A stretch of DNA of 64,000 nucleotides from an uncultured delta proteobacterium (GCA_963737265.1 CAVTRY010000014.1:192001-256000), one strand, 5' to 3'. Positions 24,832-33,945 are shown, counted from the first letter of the stretch. The notes: a model not told the origin generated them from the sequence alone. A program made the numbers and translations.

Positions 24832-24865
24832 AACCCCGGTGGTAACCCCATCGGGGTTTTTCTTT
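24832..24865 (+). terminator. Rho-independent terminator
   Basis: AACCCCGGTGG-taacc-CCATCGGGGTT followed by TTTCTTT; a small hairpin CCTGCC-n6-GGCAGG (24804-24821) precedes it. Confidence 0.85.
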
Positions 24866-24954
24866 GGTGCGCTTGCAAAGATGCCAATACGAACGACGCT
24901 TTCTAGCGAACGAAACAGACCGGGTTACAATTGAAGGCGATGTCCCGGAAGGGT

Positions 24955-27900
24955 ATGACATTTGGCGGAATGGACGGCGGGGGGCCCAGCCATGCCCGGC
25001 TGATGCTTCTAACAGTTGCGTTGTCCTACCTTGGAGGCTGCAGCAGCGCCGGTAGCGTGGGCGGATCCGGCGACGCCCAGAACAGTTCTCTCGATGCGAC
25101 CGTCATCACCCTCGGCGCCCAGGAGGCGGGCGGACAAACGGACGGCTGTGCGCCGCTTACGCAGCTCGCATGCGCGTCGCAAGGTGGGCGTTACTGCGGA
25201 ACCATCGGCGACAATTGCAACGGAACCCTCGAGTGCGGTGGGTGTCTGAACGGCCAGTCCTGTGTAAACGACATTTGTGGCGGCATCCAGGTGGACTGCG
25301 ATGCGGGCGGGTTGACTACGTGCCAGGTTCCAGGCGGTCAATATTGCGGCAGCATCGGCAACGGGTGCGGTGGGCGGCTTGAATGCGGCGCCTGTCCCGG
25401 CGACGACATCTGCACCGCCAACGTCTGCAAAGGCGGGTCGAGCTGCGTTCCCGTAACCTGCGGTACTGGCGCCGGCAAGTATTGCGGCACGATCGGCGAT
25501 GACTGCGGCGGCAGCCTCGATTGCGCCACTTGCGTCGCCGGCGAGATTTGCCAGAACCACCAGTGTGTGCCGGCGGGCGTCTGCACCCCGCTTACGTGCA
25601 GGCCAACGGGCGGACAGTATTGCGGCGGTGTTCTGGGCGACGGCTGTGGCGGGACCTTGAGTTGCGACGATGACTGCCCAGCGGGCTGGCAGTGCACCAG
25701 CCATCTGTGCCAGGGCGGTTCTTCGTGCGTCGAGGTTGCGTGCGGCACGGGTTCGGGAAAGTACTGTGGCTCGATCGGCGACGGTTGCGGTCGCAGCGAG
25801 GATTGCGGCGCCTGTATCGCAGGCGAGACCTGCCAAAAAGGGCAATGCGCGCCCGTCAATTGTAGCCCACTGACTTGCAATCCCGCCGGCGGTCAGTACT
25901 GCGGAGGCGAGATCGGCGACGGCTGTGGTGGAGAGATTCTCTGTGCTGCCGACTGCCCGGCCGGATGGTCCTGCAACAATCACCTGTGCGTAGGAGGCAG
26001 CAGCTGCGTTCCCCTCACCTGTAGCGCCGGATCTGTCCTCTATTGTGGCCTGATAGGTAACGGCTGCGGCGGCGGCCTCGATTGCGGCACCTGTCCCAGT
26101 GGCGAGGTCTGCACGAACAACCTATGCGTGGCGCAAAACTGCACGCCGGTCACGTGCGCTTCCCCTGGCGGCCAATACTGCGGCGGCACCCTTGGGGACG
26201 GCTGCGGCGGCACCCTCAACTGCAACGCTGCCTGTCCGAATGGTTGGTCCTGCCAAAACCACTTGTGTGTCGGAGGACCAACCTGTGCGCCGGTTGCGTG
26301 CAATTCCCCCGGCGGCCAATACTGCGGCGGGACTCTCGGCGACGGTTGCGGCGGTTCCATCAATTGCAGCGCCGATTGCCCGAGCGGCTGGTCTTGCCAG
26401 GGCAACCAGTGTGTGAGCGGCTCAAGCTGCGCTCCGGTTACTTGCTCGAACCCAGGTGGCGATTACTGCGGTGTCGTGGGGGACGGTTGCGGCCATGCGC
26501 TGGCCTGCGACAGCGATTGCGGCGCAGGCAAGCAGTGCAGCAACCATTTGTGCGTCAGCAGCTCGGCCTGTGTACCGCTGACCTGTGTTGCGTCGACCGG
26601 CGGCCAATATTGTGGCGGCGTCATTGGGGACGGCTGCGGTGGCTCCATCGCCTGTAACGCCGACTGTCCGACCGGCGCCATCTGTCAGGACCACGTGTGC
26701 GTGTGCAGCGGAATCCAGTGCCAGGTCGCAAGGTGCGATGCCGGCACGACCACGGTCGCTGGCAAGGTCTACGACCCGGCCGGCATCAATCCGCTCTACG
26801 GTGCGATGGTCTATATCCCGAACACCACCCTCGATCCGATAGCGCATGGTCCGACCTGCGCCGGGTGCGCGACTCCGTCCGGCCAGCCAATCTCCGCCGC
26901 GCTCTCGGGGACGGACGGCAGCTTTGCCCTCGGCAACGTTCCGAGCGGCAGCAACATTCCGCTGGTCGTCCAGATTGGCAAGTGGCGGCGCCAGGTGAAG
27001 ATCCCGACGGTCAACGCCTGCCAGAACAACGTTCTTACCGACATCAACCTGACCCGCCTGCCTCGCAATCAAACCGACGGCGACGCCGGAACCGTGTCCC
27101 TGCCCACGATTGCGCTCGCCTCGGGCGCAGCCGACAAGCTGCAGTGCCTGCTCTTGCGCATGGGCATCTCGCCCTCGGAGTTCACCAACCCGGGCGGGAC
27201 CGGTGCGATCAGCTTCTACCAGCAGAGCGAAAGTCCCGGAACCTGCGTGGGCTACGATCAGAATTCGATAACCTATCCGATGGCGGACACGAACCTGTGG
27301 GACAGCACCGCTCACCTCGGCCAGTACGACATGGTCATTCTCAATTGCGGCGGAAATCCAGATGCCTACGACCCCACCAACGCCAGCAACGTCATCACGG
27401 ATGCCATGAAGCAAAACATGGTGGCCTACGTGAACGCTGGCGGACGTGTGTTTGCCGAGCACTTTCACTGGGCCTGGATTCGCACCTTCAAGGATGCCAC
27501 GACGACCTATGCGTCGCCATTCACCGACGTGGCCACCTGGATCGATCCCATCAACATCGACACCATCGGCAGTGGACCACGAGCAACCACCATCGACCAG
27601 TCCCTGCCCAAGGGCCAGGCCTTCGCATCCTGGCTCGCCAACGTCGGGGCCTCCTCCACCAAGGGAACTCTCGTCATCTCCCAGGGGGTCAAGTACTCGG
27701 CGGTGGACCAGATTGTTCCCAAGTCGCAGCGCTGGATCTACGAACCCATCGATTACGCCAAGCCGACGGGCGCCGCGCAGTACACACACTACTTCAGCTT
27801 CAATGCCCCCGTGGGCGCGGACCCGACCAGCCAGTGCGGGCGCTTCGTCTATACCGGCCTGCATGTCAGCGATGTCTATCCAGGCTTCACCCCCGATCCG

Positions 27901-28266
27901 GGCAACACCAGCTTCCCGAGCTGCTGTACCACGCAAAGGGGGCTGAGCCCGCAAGAGAAGGCTCTCGAGTTCATGCTGTTCGATCTTTCGTCGTGCATCA
28001 GCAACCCCGCTCTCCCGCCTTCGACCGTCCCGACCCTGCCGCCGCCGGTCGCGCCGCCCGTTGCGCCGCCCTTCGCGGCGCCGCCGGCTGAGCCTCTCCC
28101 CGTTCTGGCCGCGCCGCCGTCCGCGCCACCGCTGCCCGTTTTGGCCGTACCACCGCCCGCACCGCCACCACCCGTTACCGCTTCACCACCGCCCGCGCCG
28201 CCACCCCGCTCGGTGGCGCCGCCGCCGCCGTTGCCGCCCCCGCCAGCGCCGCCGCCGATACCGTGA
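24955..28266 (+). CDS. Myxobacterial Cys-rich repeat lipoprotein with carboxypeptidase-regulatory-like domain, conserved C-terminal domain and Pro-rich tail
   Basis: Lipobox YLGG-C; 11 repeats of about 46 aa with 8 Cys each (CxPxTC...YCGxxGDGCGGxLxC..C..C..C); GKVYDPAGINPLYGAMVYIP, IPLVVQIGKWRRQ, QEKALEFMLFDLSSCI; poly-Pro end. Start uncertain (24940-25003). Confidence 0.88.
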   Translation: MTFGGMDGGGPSHARLMLLTVALSYLGGCSSAGSVGGSGDAQNSSLDATVITLGAQEAGGQTDGCAPLTQLACASQGGRYCGTIGDNCNGTLECGGCLNGQSCVNDICGGIQVDCDAGGLTTCQVPGGQYCGSIGNGCGGRLECGACPGDDICTANVCKGGSSCVPVTCGTGAGKYCGTIGDDCGGSLDCATCVAGEICQNHQCVPAGVCTPLTCRPTGGQYCGGVLGDGCGGTLSCDDDCPAGWQCTSHLCQGGSSCVEVACGTGSGKYCGSIGDGCGRSEDCGACIAGETCQKGQCAPVNCSPLTCNPAGGQYCGGEIGDGCGGEILCAADCPAGWSCNNHLCVGGSSCVPLTCSAGSVLYCGLIGNGCGGGLDCGTCPSGEVCTNNLCVAQNCTPVTCASPGGQYCGGTLGDGCGGTLNCNAACPNGWSCQNHLCVGGPTCAPVACNSPGGQYCGGTLGDGCGGSINCSADCPSGWSCQGNQCVSGSSCAPVTCSNPGGDYCGVVGDGCGHALACDSDCGAGKQCSNHLCVSSSACVPLTCVASTGGQYCGGVIGDGCGGSIACNADCPTGAICQDHVCVCSGIQCQVARCDAGTTTVAGKVYDPAGINPLYGAMVYIPNTTLDPIAHGPTCAGCATPSGQPISAALSGTDGSFALGNVPSGSNIPLVVQIGKWRRQVKIPTVNACQNNVLTDINLTRLPRNQTDGDAGTVSLPTIALASGAADKLQCLLLRMGISPSEFTNPGGTGAISFYQQSESPGTCVGYDQNSITYPMADTNLWDSTAHLGQYDMVILNCGGNPDAYDPTNASNVITDAMKQNMVAYVNAGGRVFAEHFHWAWIRTFKDATTTYASPFTDVATWIDPINIDTIGSGPRATTIDQSLPKGQAFASWLANVGASSTKGTLVISQGVKYSAVDQIVPKSQRWIYEPIDYAKPTGAAQYTHYFSFNAPVGADPTSQCGRFVYTGLHVSDVYPGFTPDPGNTSFPSCCTTQRGLSPQEKALEFMLFDLSSCISNPALPPSTVPTLPPPVAPPVAPPFAAPPAEPLPVLAAPPSAPPLPVLAVPPPAPPPPVTASPPPAPPPRSVAPPPPLPPPPAPPPIP

Positions 28267-28528
28267 AAGGCGCCTTCCATTCGATGGCGCAGCACCCCGC
28301 GCGATCTTTGGAGATGACGCGATGACTGGCAGAAGGTCTCCAGTGTCGCACGGCGCATTCCCCCCCCGGCATAATGCCTGGCAGTATCGAAGCTGGAACC
28401 TGGAGCAGGGCCGGCGGCAAACGATGCAACATTTTGCACGGTTAGGAGCGCGGTTCGAAGAACGCATCGACCCGCGTTCTTCTCAACCACAAATTGCGGC
28501 TGGCTTATCCAAGTGTTCCCAGATGAAG

Positions 28529-28566
28529 GAAATACTCGGCACGCTGTTAGGTGGCTAAGCAAAGAG
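28529..28566 (+). repeat. Degenerate copy of the 3' end of abiEii (direct repeat with 31074-31111)
   Basis: GAAATACTCGGCACGCTGTTAGGTGGCTAAGCAAAGAG vs GAAATACTCGGCAAGCTGTTAAGCAGCTAAGCAAAGAG, 34/38 identical, including the stop codon. Confidence 0.8.
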
Positions 28567-28624
28567 TATCGAGGTCAAGAGCACGCCCCGTTGGAAGACA
28601 GAGTATTCGCGCCCGTTAACCTTC

Positions 28625-28755
28625 TTGGCGAAGGATCTGTCAGCAAGGCGTTCGGCGTGTACTTCGGGCAGCACGAGCTCAAGGATCGTGGTGTGCATGT
28701 CCTGCCGCTCGCCGCCTTCCTGGCCGCGCTCGCAGGCGGCGACGTCATCGGCTGA
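28625..28755 (+). pseudogene. C-terminal fragment resembling AAA_14/DUF4143 ATPase tails
   Basis: KAFGVYFGQHELKDRGVHVLPLAAFLAALAGGDVIG* with no N-terminal ATPase domain; family assignment from memory. Confidence 0.45.
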
Positions 28756-28787
28756 CGCTGGTCCGCTTCGGGCGTCGTATTGCGTTC

Positions 28788-29177
28788 CTACAAGCGCAAC
28801 AGCGACAGTTTGGTGTGACGGGCTGCGAGGCGAAAGGTGGCGTCCTCGGACAGGAGGTCGGCGCCGAGGTCGAGCGCGCACTGGGCGACGTGCGCGTCGG
28901 GGGTCGAGATGGCGAGGCCCTTGGTGGCAAGCGAGCTGCGCAATCTGCCCACACGAAACCAGTGCGCCACGTCCGCCTGGCAAAGGGGAAGCGTGAGCAG
29001 GAATCCTTCGAGCTCGCCGCGCGCGCGTTCGGTCATCCGGCCGGATAGAAGCTCGGCCGCTACCACGGGCGGCAGGTACACCGTCCCGTCCTCCAGAGCG
29101 GGCTCGATGATGGCATCGCCGCCCCCGTCGCGGAAGAAGGTGATCCAGGACGAAGTGTCAATGACGAGGGCGCTCAC
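28788..29177 (-). CDS. vapC: PIN-domain toxin (VapC family)
   Basis: LVIDTSSWI, VAAELLSG, ISTPDAHVA, LLSEDATF: the conserved PIN acidic residues. Confidence 0.92.
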   Translation of the reverse strand: MSALVIDTSSWITFFRDGGGDAIIEPALEDGTVYLPPVVAAELLSGRMTERARGELEGFLLTLPLCQADVAHWFRVGRLRSSLATKGLAISTPDAHVAQCALDLGADLLSEDATFRLAARHTKLSLLRL

Positions 29178-29379
29178 GCGAGGTCTCGATATCGATGGTC
29201 AGCCGGAGCTTTCCCTTGAGAGCGCGCGCCTTGGCGGCCGCAGCCGAGCGTGCCACCCGTTCCAACCCGGCCACGAGGGTCTCGGTGATGCCCTTGCCGG
29301 TTACCTGACACGCTTCATCAACCAGCTTGACGGGGAGGTTGGCGGTTACCCGCCGTGTTCCCGATGCCGCGTGATTCAT
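29158..29379 (-). CDS. Putative VapB-like antitoxin (RHH-like)
   Basis: 73 aa, RRVTANLPVKLVDEA, overlaps the vapC start; TGTAYGTAY direct repeats immediately upstream. Confidence 0.78.
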   Translation of the reverse strand: MNHAASGTRRVTANLPVKLVDEACQVTGKGITETLVAGLERVARSAAAAKARALKGKLRLTIDIETSRERPRH

Positions 29380-29629
29380 ACCATGATACATACAACCGTA
29401 CGTACAAGCGGTCAAGGCCACGACCGGATGGGGCGCACGTCAGGGATGTGCGACGAGCCCGACCACTCGAAGCGCGTCCGGGGCGGCGGCGCGCTGGCAG
29501 CGCGACGAGGCGGCGCTCGGTGCCCATGGGATCGGCGGCTTTCGAAGCCGATCGCAGCAAGCAGATCACCATTGCGGATGGCACAGCGGCCGGCCTTGGT
29601 CCAGTCGAATCGGGCGAATCGCACAATTG

Positions 29630-29664
29630 TTGCATTAACATATCCAATATGTAATCTAAATAGT
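29630..29664 (+). promoter_or_regulatory. abiE promoter/operator, probably leaderless
   Basis: TTGCAT-16-TAATCT-7 nt-ATG; inverted repeat ACATAT-cca-ATATGT (29638-29652) in the spacer. AbiEi proteins are known to autorepress via promoter inverted repeats. Confidence 0.6.
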
Positions 29665-30300
29665 ATGAAGTTTGAGGCGCTTCTCGCGCTTGTCGCCGAC
29701 GAGCCTGTGTTCCCGTCCGCCCTGTTGCTGGCCGGAGATGTCTCATGTGCTCAGGTTCGCCTGCAACTGTCGCGCTGGGTGAAGGCTGGCCGGCTGCTAC
29801 AACTGCGACGCGGGCTCTATTCGCTGGCGCCGACCTGGCGGAAAGTGGAGGCGCATTCGTTCCTTGTGGCCAACCGGCTTCAGCGTGGATCCTATGTGAG
29901 CCTACAGTCTGCCTTGGCCTTTCACGGGGTTATACCGGAACATGTGCCGGTCGTGACCAGTGTCGGGCCAGGACGACCAGAGACGGTTCGAAATCCCTTG
30001 GGTGTCTTTCAGTTCAACCACATCGTCGGAACGCTCTGCTTTGGCTATTCCCGGACCGAGGTCGCCGCAGGGCAGTTCGCTTTCGTGGCCTTGCCGGAAA
30101 AGGCGCTGCTCGATCTCATCCACCTCACACGAGGTGCGGATTCCGAGGACTTCCTCCGAGAGCTTCGCTTGCAAAACTGGGCGGCCATCAGACCGTCGGT
30201 GTTGGTAGGACTTGCGCGACGAAGCGGTAAAGCCAAGCTGCTGCGGGCAGCCCGACTGGTAGAGCGCCTGGCCACGGTGGAGGAGGGAGAGACGCAATGA
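29665..30300 (+). CDS. abiEi: Type IV TA antitoxin, AbiEi-like
   Basis: Start MKFEALL; LSRWVKAGRLLQLRRGLY, SYVSLQSALAFHGVIPE, ALPEKALLD; ATGA overlap with the toxin gene. Confidence 0.88.
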   Translation: MKFEALLALVADEPVFPSALLLAGDVSCAQVRLQLSRWVKAGRLLQLRRGLYSLAPTWRKVEAHSFLVANRLQRGSYVSLQSALAFHGVIPEHVPVVTSVGPGRPETVRNPLGVFQFNHIVGTLCFGYSRTEVAAGQFAFVALPEKALLDLIHLTRGADSEDFLRELRLQNWAAIRPSVLVGLARRSGKAKLLRAARLVERLATVEEGETQ

Positions 30301-31103
30301 AGGATTATCTGCGGCAACTTATCGCACAAGCGGACGGCGACCTCGCTCGCGGGTGTCTGGTTCGGGAATACCTCCAAGCGCGCGTCCTCGAGTCGCTACA
30401 GGACGAGGGCGTGTTTCTACGTTGGGCTTTCGTGGGCGGCACCGCCTTGCGATTCCTCTTCGCCATTCCGAGGTTCTCGGAGGATCTCGACTTCTCCCGG
30501 ATCGCGCCTGGGGACGACCCTGGGTTCAGGAAGGCTTTGACCGCGGTGAAGCGGCTATTCGAACACGAAAGCTACCGGGTTGAGGTCAGCGTCAGCGAAC
30601 AGAAAATGGTGGCCTCGGCGTGGGTGAAGTTCCCCGGACTGCCGCACGAACTCGGTCTCTCGCCACGCGCGTCCCAGTCCCTCTCCATCAAGGTGGAAGT
30701 AGACAAGAACCCGCCCGCGGGAGCATGCATCGAAACCTCCGTCGTCCGCCGACATGTGACGGTGCACCTCTGCCATCATGACAAGTCTTCCCTTCTGTCC
30801 GGAAAGCTCCACGCCATCTTGGTCCGGCCGTGGACGAAGGGGCGCGACCTTTACGATCTCGTTTGGTATCTGGCGGATCGCACCTGGCCGCCTCCCAACC
30901 TAGACTTGCTCAACTCTGCCCTCGCGCAGACCGGCTGGAAAGGTGCCATCATGACGACAACGAATTGGCGGGAACAAATCCGCCAGCGCATGGAAACGCT
31001 CGACTGGGAACGTGCTCGCGCCGATGTGCGGCCATTTTTGGAACGGCAGCGCGACCTCGATCTGGTGAGGAACGAAATACTCGGCAAGCTGTTAAGCAGC
31101 TAA
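30297..31103 (+). CDS. abiEii: Type IV TA nucleotidyltransferase toxin, AbiEii/AbiGii family
   Basis: REYLQ, FVGGTAL, RFSEDLDF, KLHAIL, KGRDLYDL. Confidence 0.93.
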   Translation: MKDYLRQLIAQADGDLARGCLVREYLQARVLESLQDEGVFLRWAFVGGTALRFLFAIPRFSEDLDFSRIAPGDDPGFRKALTAVKRLFEHESYRVEVSVSEQKMVASAWVKFPGLPHELGLSPRASQSLSIKVEVDKNPPAGACIETSVVRRHVTVHLCHHDKSSLLSGKLHAILVRPWTKGRDLYDLVWYLADRTWPPPNLDLLNSALAQTGWKGAIMTTTNWREQIRQRMETLDWERARADVRPFLERQRDLDLVRNEILGKLLSS

Positions 31104-31330
31104 GCAAAGAGGAGGTGCTGGCGACCACGCTGGTGTCGGCCACACCGGCCAACGATGTTGGCCTGGAGGCGGGCAGTCAGGCAACACCCCTTTCAAGGTC
31201 TTGAGACGTTCGATTCTGAAGCCGGGAGCGCTTCCCAGAACGGCCATACCGGTGCGCCCCGCGGCCGCGCAGGGAGGCCGACGCGAGGCGCGGCCAGTGA
31301 GGGCAGAAGAATTCGCCTCTATACCCGTGG

Positions 31331-31504
31331 CCCCTCACCCGCCGACGCAGACGTCGTCGGCCTCTCCCCGACGAGGACGTCGGGGAGAGGCGCAGATCTA
31401 GTCCACCGCCCACACCTTGAAAGGGGGTAGCATTTAGGCGCTGGCGAAAGTCTGGGTGATGTCGGCCTCCCCGACGGGGACGTCGGGGAGAGGCGCAGAT
31501 ATAG
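31331..31504. repeat. Two tandem REP-like hairpins (CCTCACCC...CCTCTCCCC-n-GGGGAGAGG family)
   Basis: 31356-31401 GTCGGCCTCTCCCCGACGAGGACGTCGGGGAGAGGCGCAGATCTAG and 31461-31504 GTCGGCCTCCCCGACGGGGACGTCGGGGAGAGGCGCAGATATAG are near-identical. Confidence 0.75.
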
Positions 31505-31515
31505 ACGGGCCGAGT

Positions 31516-31637
31516 AGCGTTCTCGTCAGCGGATGCTGGTACCCGCAGGGGATTGCCACCGACGGTTCGAACGTGTACTGGACCGATTACGGAAATCCCG
31601 CGGTCGCCGGCCAGCAAAAGCCCGGCTCTGGAGTGGT
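31516..31637 (+). pseudogene. Fragment of a YWTD-type beta-propeller gene, interrupted by the MITE
   Basis: VLVSGCWYPQGIATDGSNVYWTDYGNP...PGSGV; continues in frame as VRKCAIG after 32225 once the element and one TSD are removed. Confidence 0.6.
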
Positions 31638-32216
31638 GGGTGCTTCCCTGAAACGGGGGCCCCAGCCGGGGGCTCGGTGAGGTAGCAACTTCTGGCGGAG
31701 TGCCGCCGAAAACGCAGATATGGAACAGCGAGGAACGGAGAAACAGAGACAGGATGACTTTACTGGGCAAATTATCGCCGCCTGCATCGAAGTCCACCGT
31801 CACCTCGGTCCCGGGCTGCTTGAGTCGGCCTACGAGCACTGCCTGGCGCGCGAGCTAGGCCTGCGTGGATTTCGCACGCAACGTCAGGTCGCGATTTCTC
31901 TGCAGTACAAAGGCATTGACCTCGACTGCGGCTATCGCCTCGACCTCATGGTGGAAGGCCGTTTGGTCGTCGAAGTCAAGGCGGTAGAGCAGTTGCTTCC
32001 TGTCCACTTGGCACAGGTCATTACCTATCTCAAGCTCCTACGACTGCCGGTGGGCCTGCTCGTCAATTTCCACGTCCCCGTACTTCGCGAGGGTCTCCGC
32101 CGCCTCGTCAACCCAACCCGTGATTCCTCTGGTCCTCCGTTCCTCCCTGTTTTTCCCTCCGATCCCACCTGCGCGGGGCGAGGTGAAGCCCCAGCCCCCA
32201 TTTCAGGGAAGCACCC
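31638..32216. mobile_element. 579-bp non-autonomous TIR element (MITE-like) carrying a GxxExxY gene
   Basis: TIRs GGGTGCTTCCCTGAAACGGGGGC (31638-31660) and GCCCCCATTTCAGGGAAGCACCC (32194-32216), 22/23 match; TSD TGGAGTGGT at 31629-31637 and 32217-32225; no transposase. Confidence 0.85.
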
Positions 32217-32298
32217 TGGAGTGGTGCGTAAGTGCGCAATCGGTGCTAGAAAAGGCTGCGCTGGCCGCCCGGATTTCGCTGCGGCATGGGGACGTTGA
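31720..32298 (+). CDS. GxxExxY protein (PD-(D/E)xK nuclease-like); conserved part ends at about 32115 and the ORF runs on through the TIR
   Basis: [64 protein letters not shown]. Confidence 0.9.
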   Translation: MEQRGTEKQRQDDFTGQIIAACIEVHRHLGPGLLESAYEHCLARELGLRGFRTQRQVAISLQYKGIDLDCGYRLDLMVEGRLVVEVKAVEQLLPVHLAQVITYLKLLRLPVGLLVNFHVPVLREGLRRLVNPTRDSSGPPFLPVFPSDPTCAGRGEAPAPISGKHPGVVRKCAIGARKGCAGRPDFAAAWGR

Positions 32299-33343
32299 GA
32301 TGCTCGAAGGCATGGGGCGTGGCCTGACGGCCGCGCGGCGTGCGCACGAGGAATCCTTCCTGAATGAGATAGGGCTCGTGCACGTATTCGAGAGTGTCGC
32401 GATCCTCGGCCAGCGCGGCAGCCAGTGACTCGATCCCGACCGGGCCGCCGTCGAAGCGCTCCACGATGGCGCGCAGAAATCGGCGGTCGCCGTCGTCGAG
32501 CCCGAGGGCATCGACGCCGAGGCGGCGAAGCGCATAGTCGGCGGCCTCGCGCGTGACGGTGCCGTCGCCGCGCACGACGGCGAAATCGTGCACCCGCCGC
32601 AGCAGGCGATTGGCGATGCGAGGCGTGCCGCGCGCGCGCCGGCCCAGCTCTTGCGCGCCCGCCTCGTCGCACGTGATGCCAAGCAGTTTGGCCGAGCGCT
32701 TGATGATGGTGCAAAGCTCGTCGGGCGCGTAGAAATCGAGGCGTTCTACGATGCCAAAGCGCGAGAGCAGCGGCGAGGTGAGCTGGCCCGTGCGCGTGGT
32801 CGCGCCCACCAAGGTGAATCGTTCGATGGGGACGGTGATGGCGCTGGCGCCAGCGCCCATGCCGGTCACGATCTCGATGTGAAAGTCCTCCATCGCGGGA
32901 TAGAGGCTTTCCTCGATGATGGGCTGCAGGCGGTGGATCTCGTCGATAAAGAGAACGTCGCCGCGCCCAAGCGAGGTGAGGATGCCGGCGAGATCGCCCT
33001 TGCGTTCGAGCGCCGGCCCCGACGTCACGCGCGCCACCGTGCCCATCTCGTGCGCGATGACGTGGGCCAGGGTCGTCTTGCCCAAGCCGGGAGGTCCGGA
33101 AAGCAGCACATGGTCGAGCGTGCCCGTGCGCTTCTTTGCCGCCGCGACGTAGACCTCCAAATTCTCCGCCACCTTGCGCTGCCCGACGAATTCCGCGAAG
33201 GTGCGCGGCCGCAGCGCGGATTCCTCGTCGCTCGATAGGGCTTGGCCACCGGTGATCTGTTCGGCCAGGCTCTCGGCCGACACGTCGGGCGCGGCCGCGA
33301 GCGGAGCCGCCGCGACACCGTCGTCGTGCCGCTTGCGTGCCAC
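32246..33343 (-). CDS. ruvB: Holliday junction branch-migration ATPase
   Basis: [53 protein letters not shown]. Confidence 0.97.
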   Translation of the reverse strand: MARKRHDDGVAAAPLAAAPDVSAESLAEQITGGQALSSDEESALRPRTFAEFVGQRKVAENLEVYVAAAKKRTGTLDHVLLSGPPGLGKTTLAHVIAHEMGTVARVTSGPALERKGDLAGILTSLGRGDVLFIDEIHRLQPIIEESLYPAMEDFHIEIVTGMGAGASAITVPIERFTLVGATTRTGQLTSPLLSRFGIVERLDFYAPDELCTIIKRSAKLLGITCDEAGAQELGRRARGTPRIANRLLRRVHDFAVVRGDGTVTREAADYALRRLGVDALGLDDGDRRFLRAIVERFDGGPVGIESLAAALAEDRDTLEYVHEPYLIQEGFLVRTPRGRQATPHAFEHLNVPMPQRNPGGQRSLF

Positions 33344-33945
33344 TACTTTCTCCTCAGCGCAGCCAGCGCCTGCTTGATCAGCTCGGCGAGATGCTGGGTT
33401 TCATCCAATTTGGACAACACGGCGTCGAACTCCGACGGCTTGTAGCCGAGCGCCATGAGAGCACCATGGACTTCGCCGATGCGCCCAGGCGGCACGAAGC
33501 CAGACGGCACGGTTCCACCCTGATTGGCCTGAGCGCCCGCGACGCCGATCTTGTCGCGCAACTCGACCGACATGCGTTCCGCGATCTTGCGGCCCACACC
33601 GCGAATCTTGGTCAGGGTCGCGATGTCGCCCGCGCTGATGGCGCGCACCAATTCGCCGGTGGGCAGGCTGGAAAGAACGGCAATGGCGACCTTCGGCCCC
33701 ACGCCTTGCACGCTGAGCAAGGTCTGGAACACGCGGCGCTCTTCCGCTTCGACGAAACCAAAGAGCTGTTGTGGCCCGTCTTGAACCGAGTGGGTGTGGA
33801 TGAGCAGGAACGCGGTCGAGCCGAGGGGCGGAAGCGCGCGCTGAGCCGCCGCGGTAATGGTCACCGCGTAGCCAACGCCGCCGGCCTCGATTACGACCGA
33901 ATCGGGACTGCTTTCAAGAAGTGCGCCGCGCAAGCTGGCAATCAT
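33343..33945 (-). CDS. ruvA: Holliday junction DNA-binding protein
   Basis: [43 protein letters not shown]. Confidence 0.95.
   Translation of the reverse strand: MIASLRGALLESSPDSVVIEAGGVGYAVTITAAAQRALPPLGSTAFLLIHTHSVQDGPQQLFGFVEAEERRVFQTLLSVQGVGPKVAIAVLSSLPTGELVRAISAGDIATLTKIRGVGRKIAERMSVELRDKIGVAGAQANQGGTVPSGFVPPGRIGEVHGALMALGYKPSEFDAVLSKLDETQHLAELIKQALAALRRK

Noticed and set aside
25140-26710. Regularly spaced DNA repeats as a CRISPR array
   Set aside because: They are degenerate, in-frame Cys-rich protein repeats; there are no identical repeats with unique spacers and no cas genes.
28837-29664. 487-aa ORF as a long AbiEi fusion
   Set aside because: The N-terminal part is antisense to vapBC; the real start is ATG 29665, which has its own promoter.
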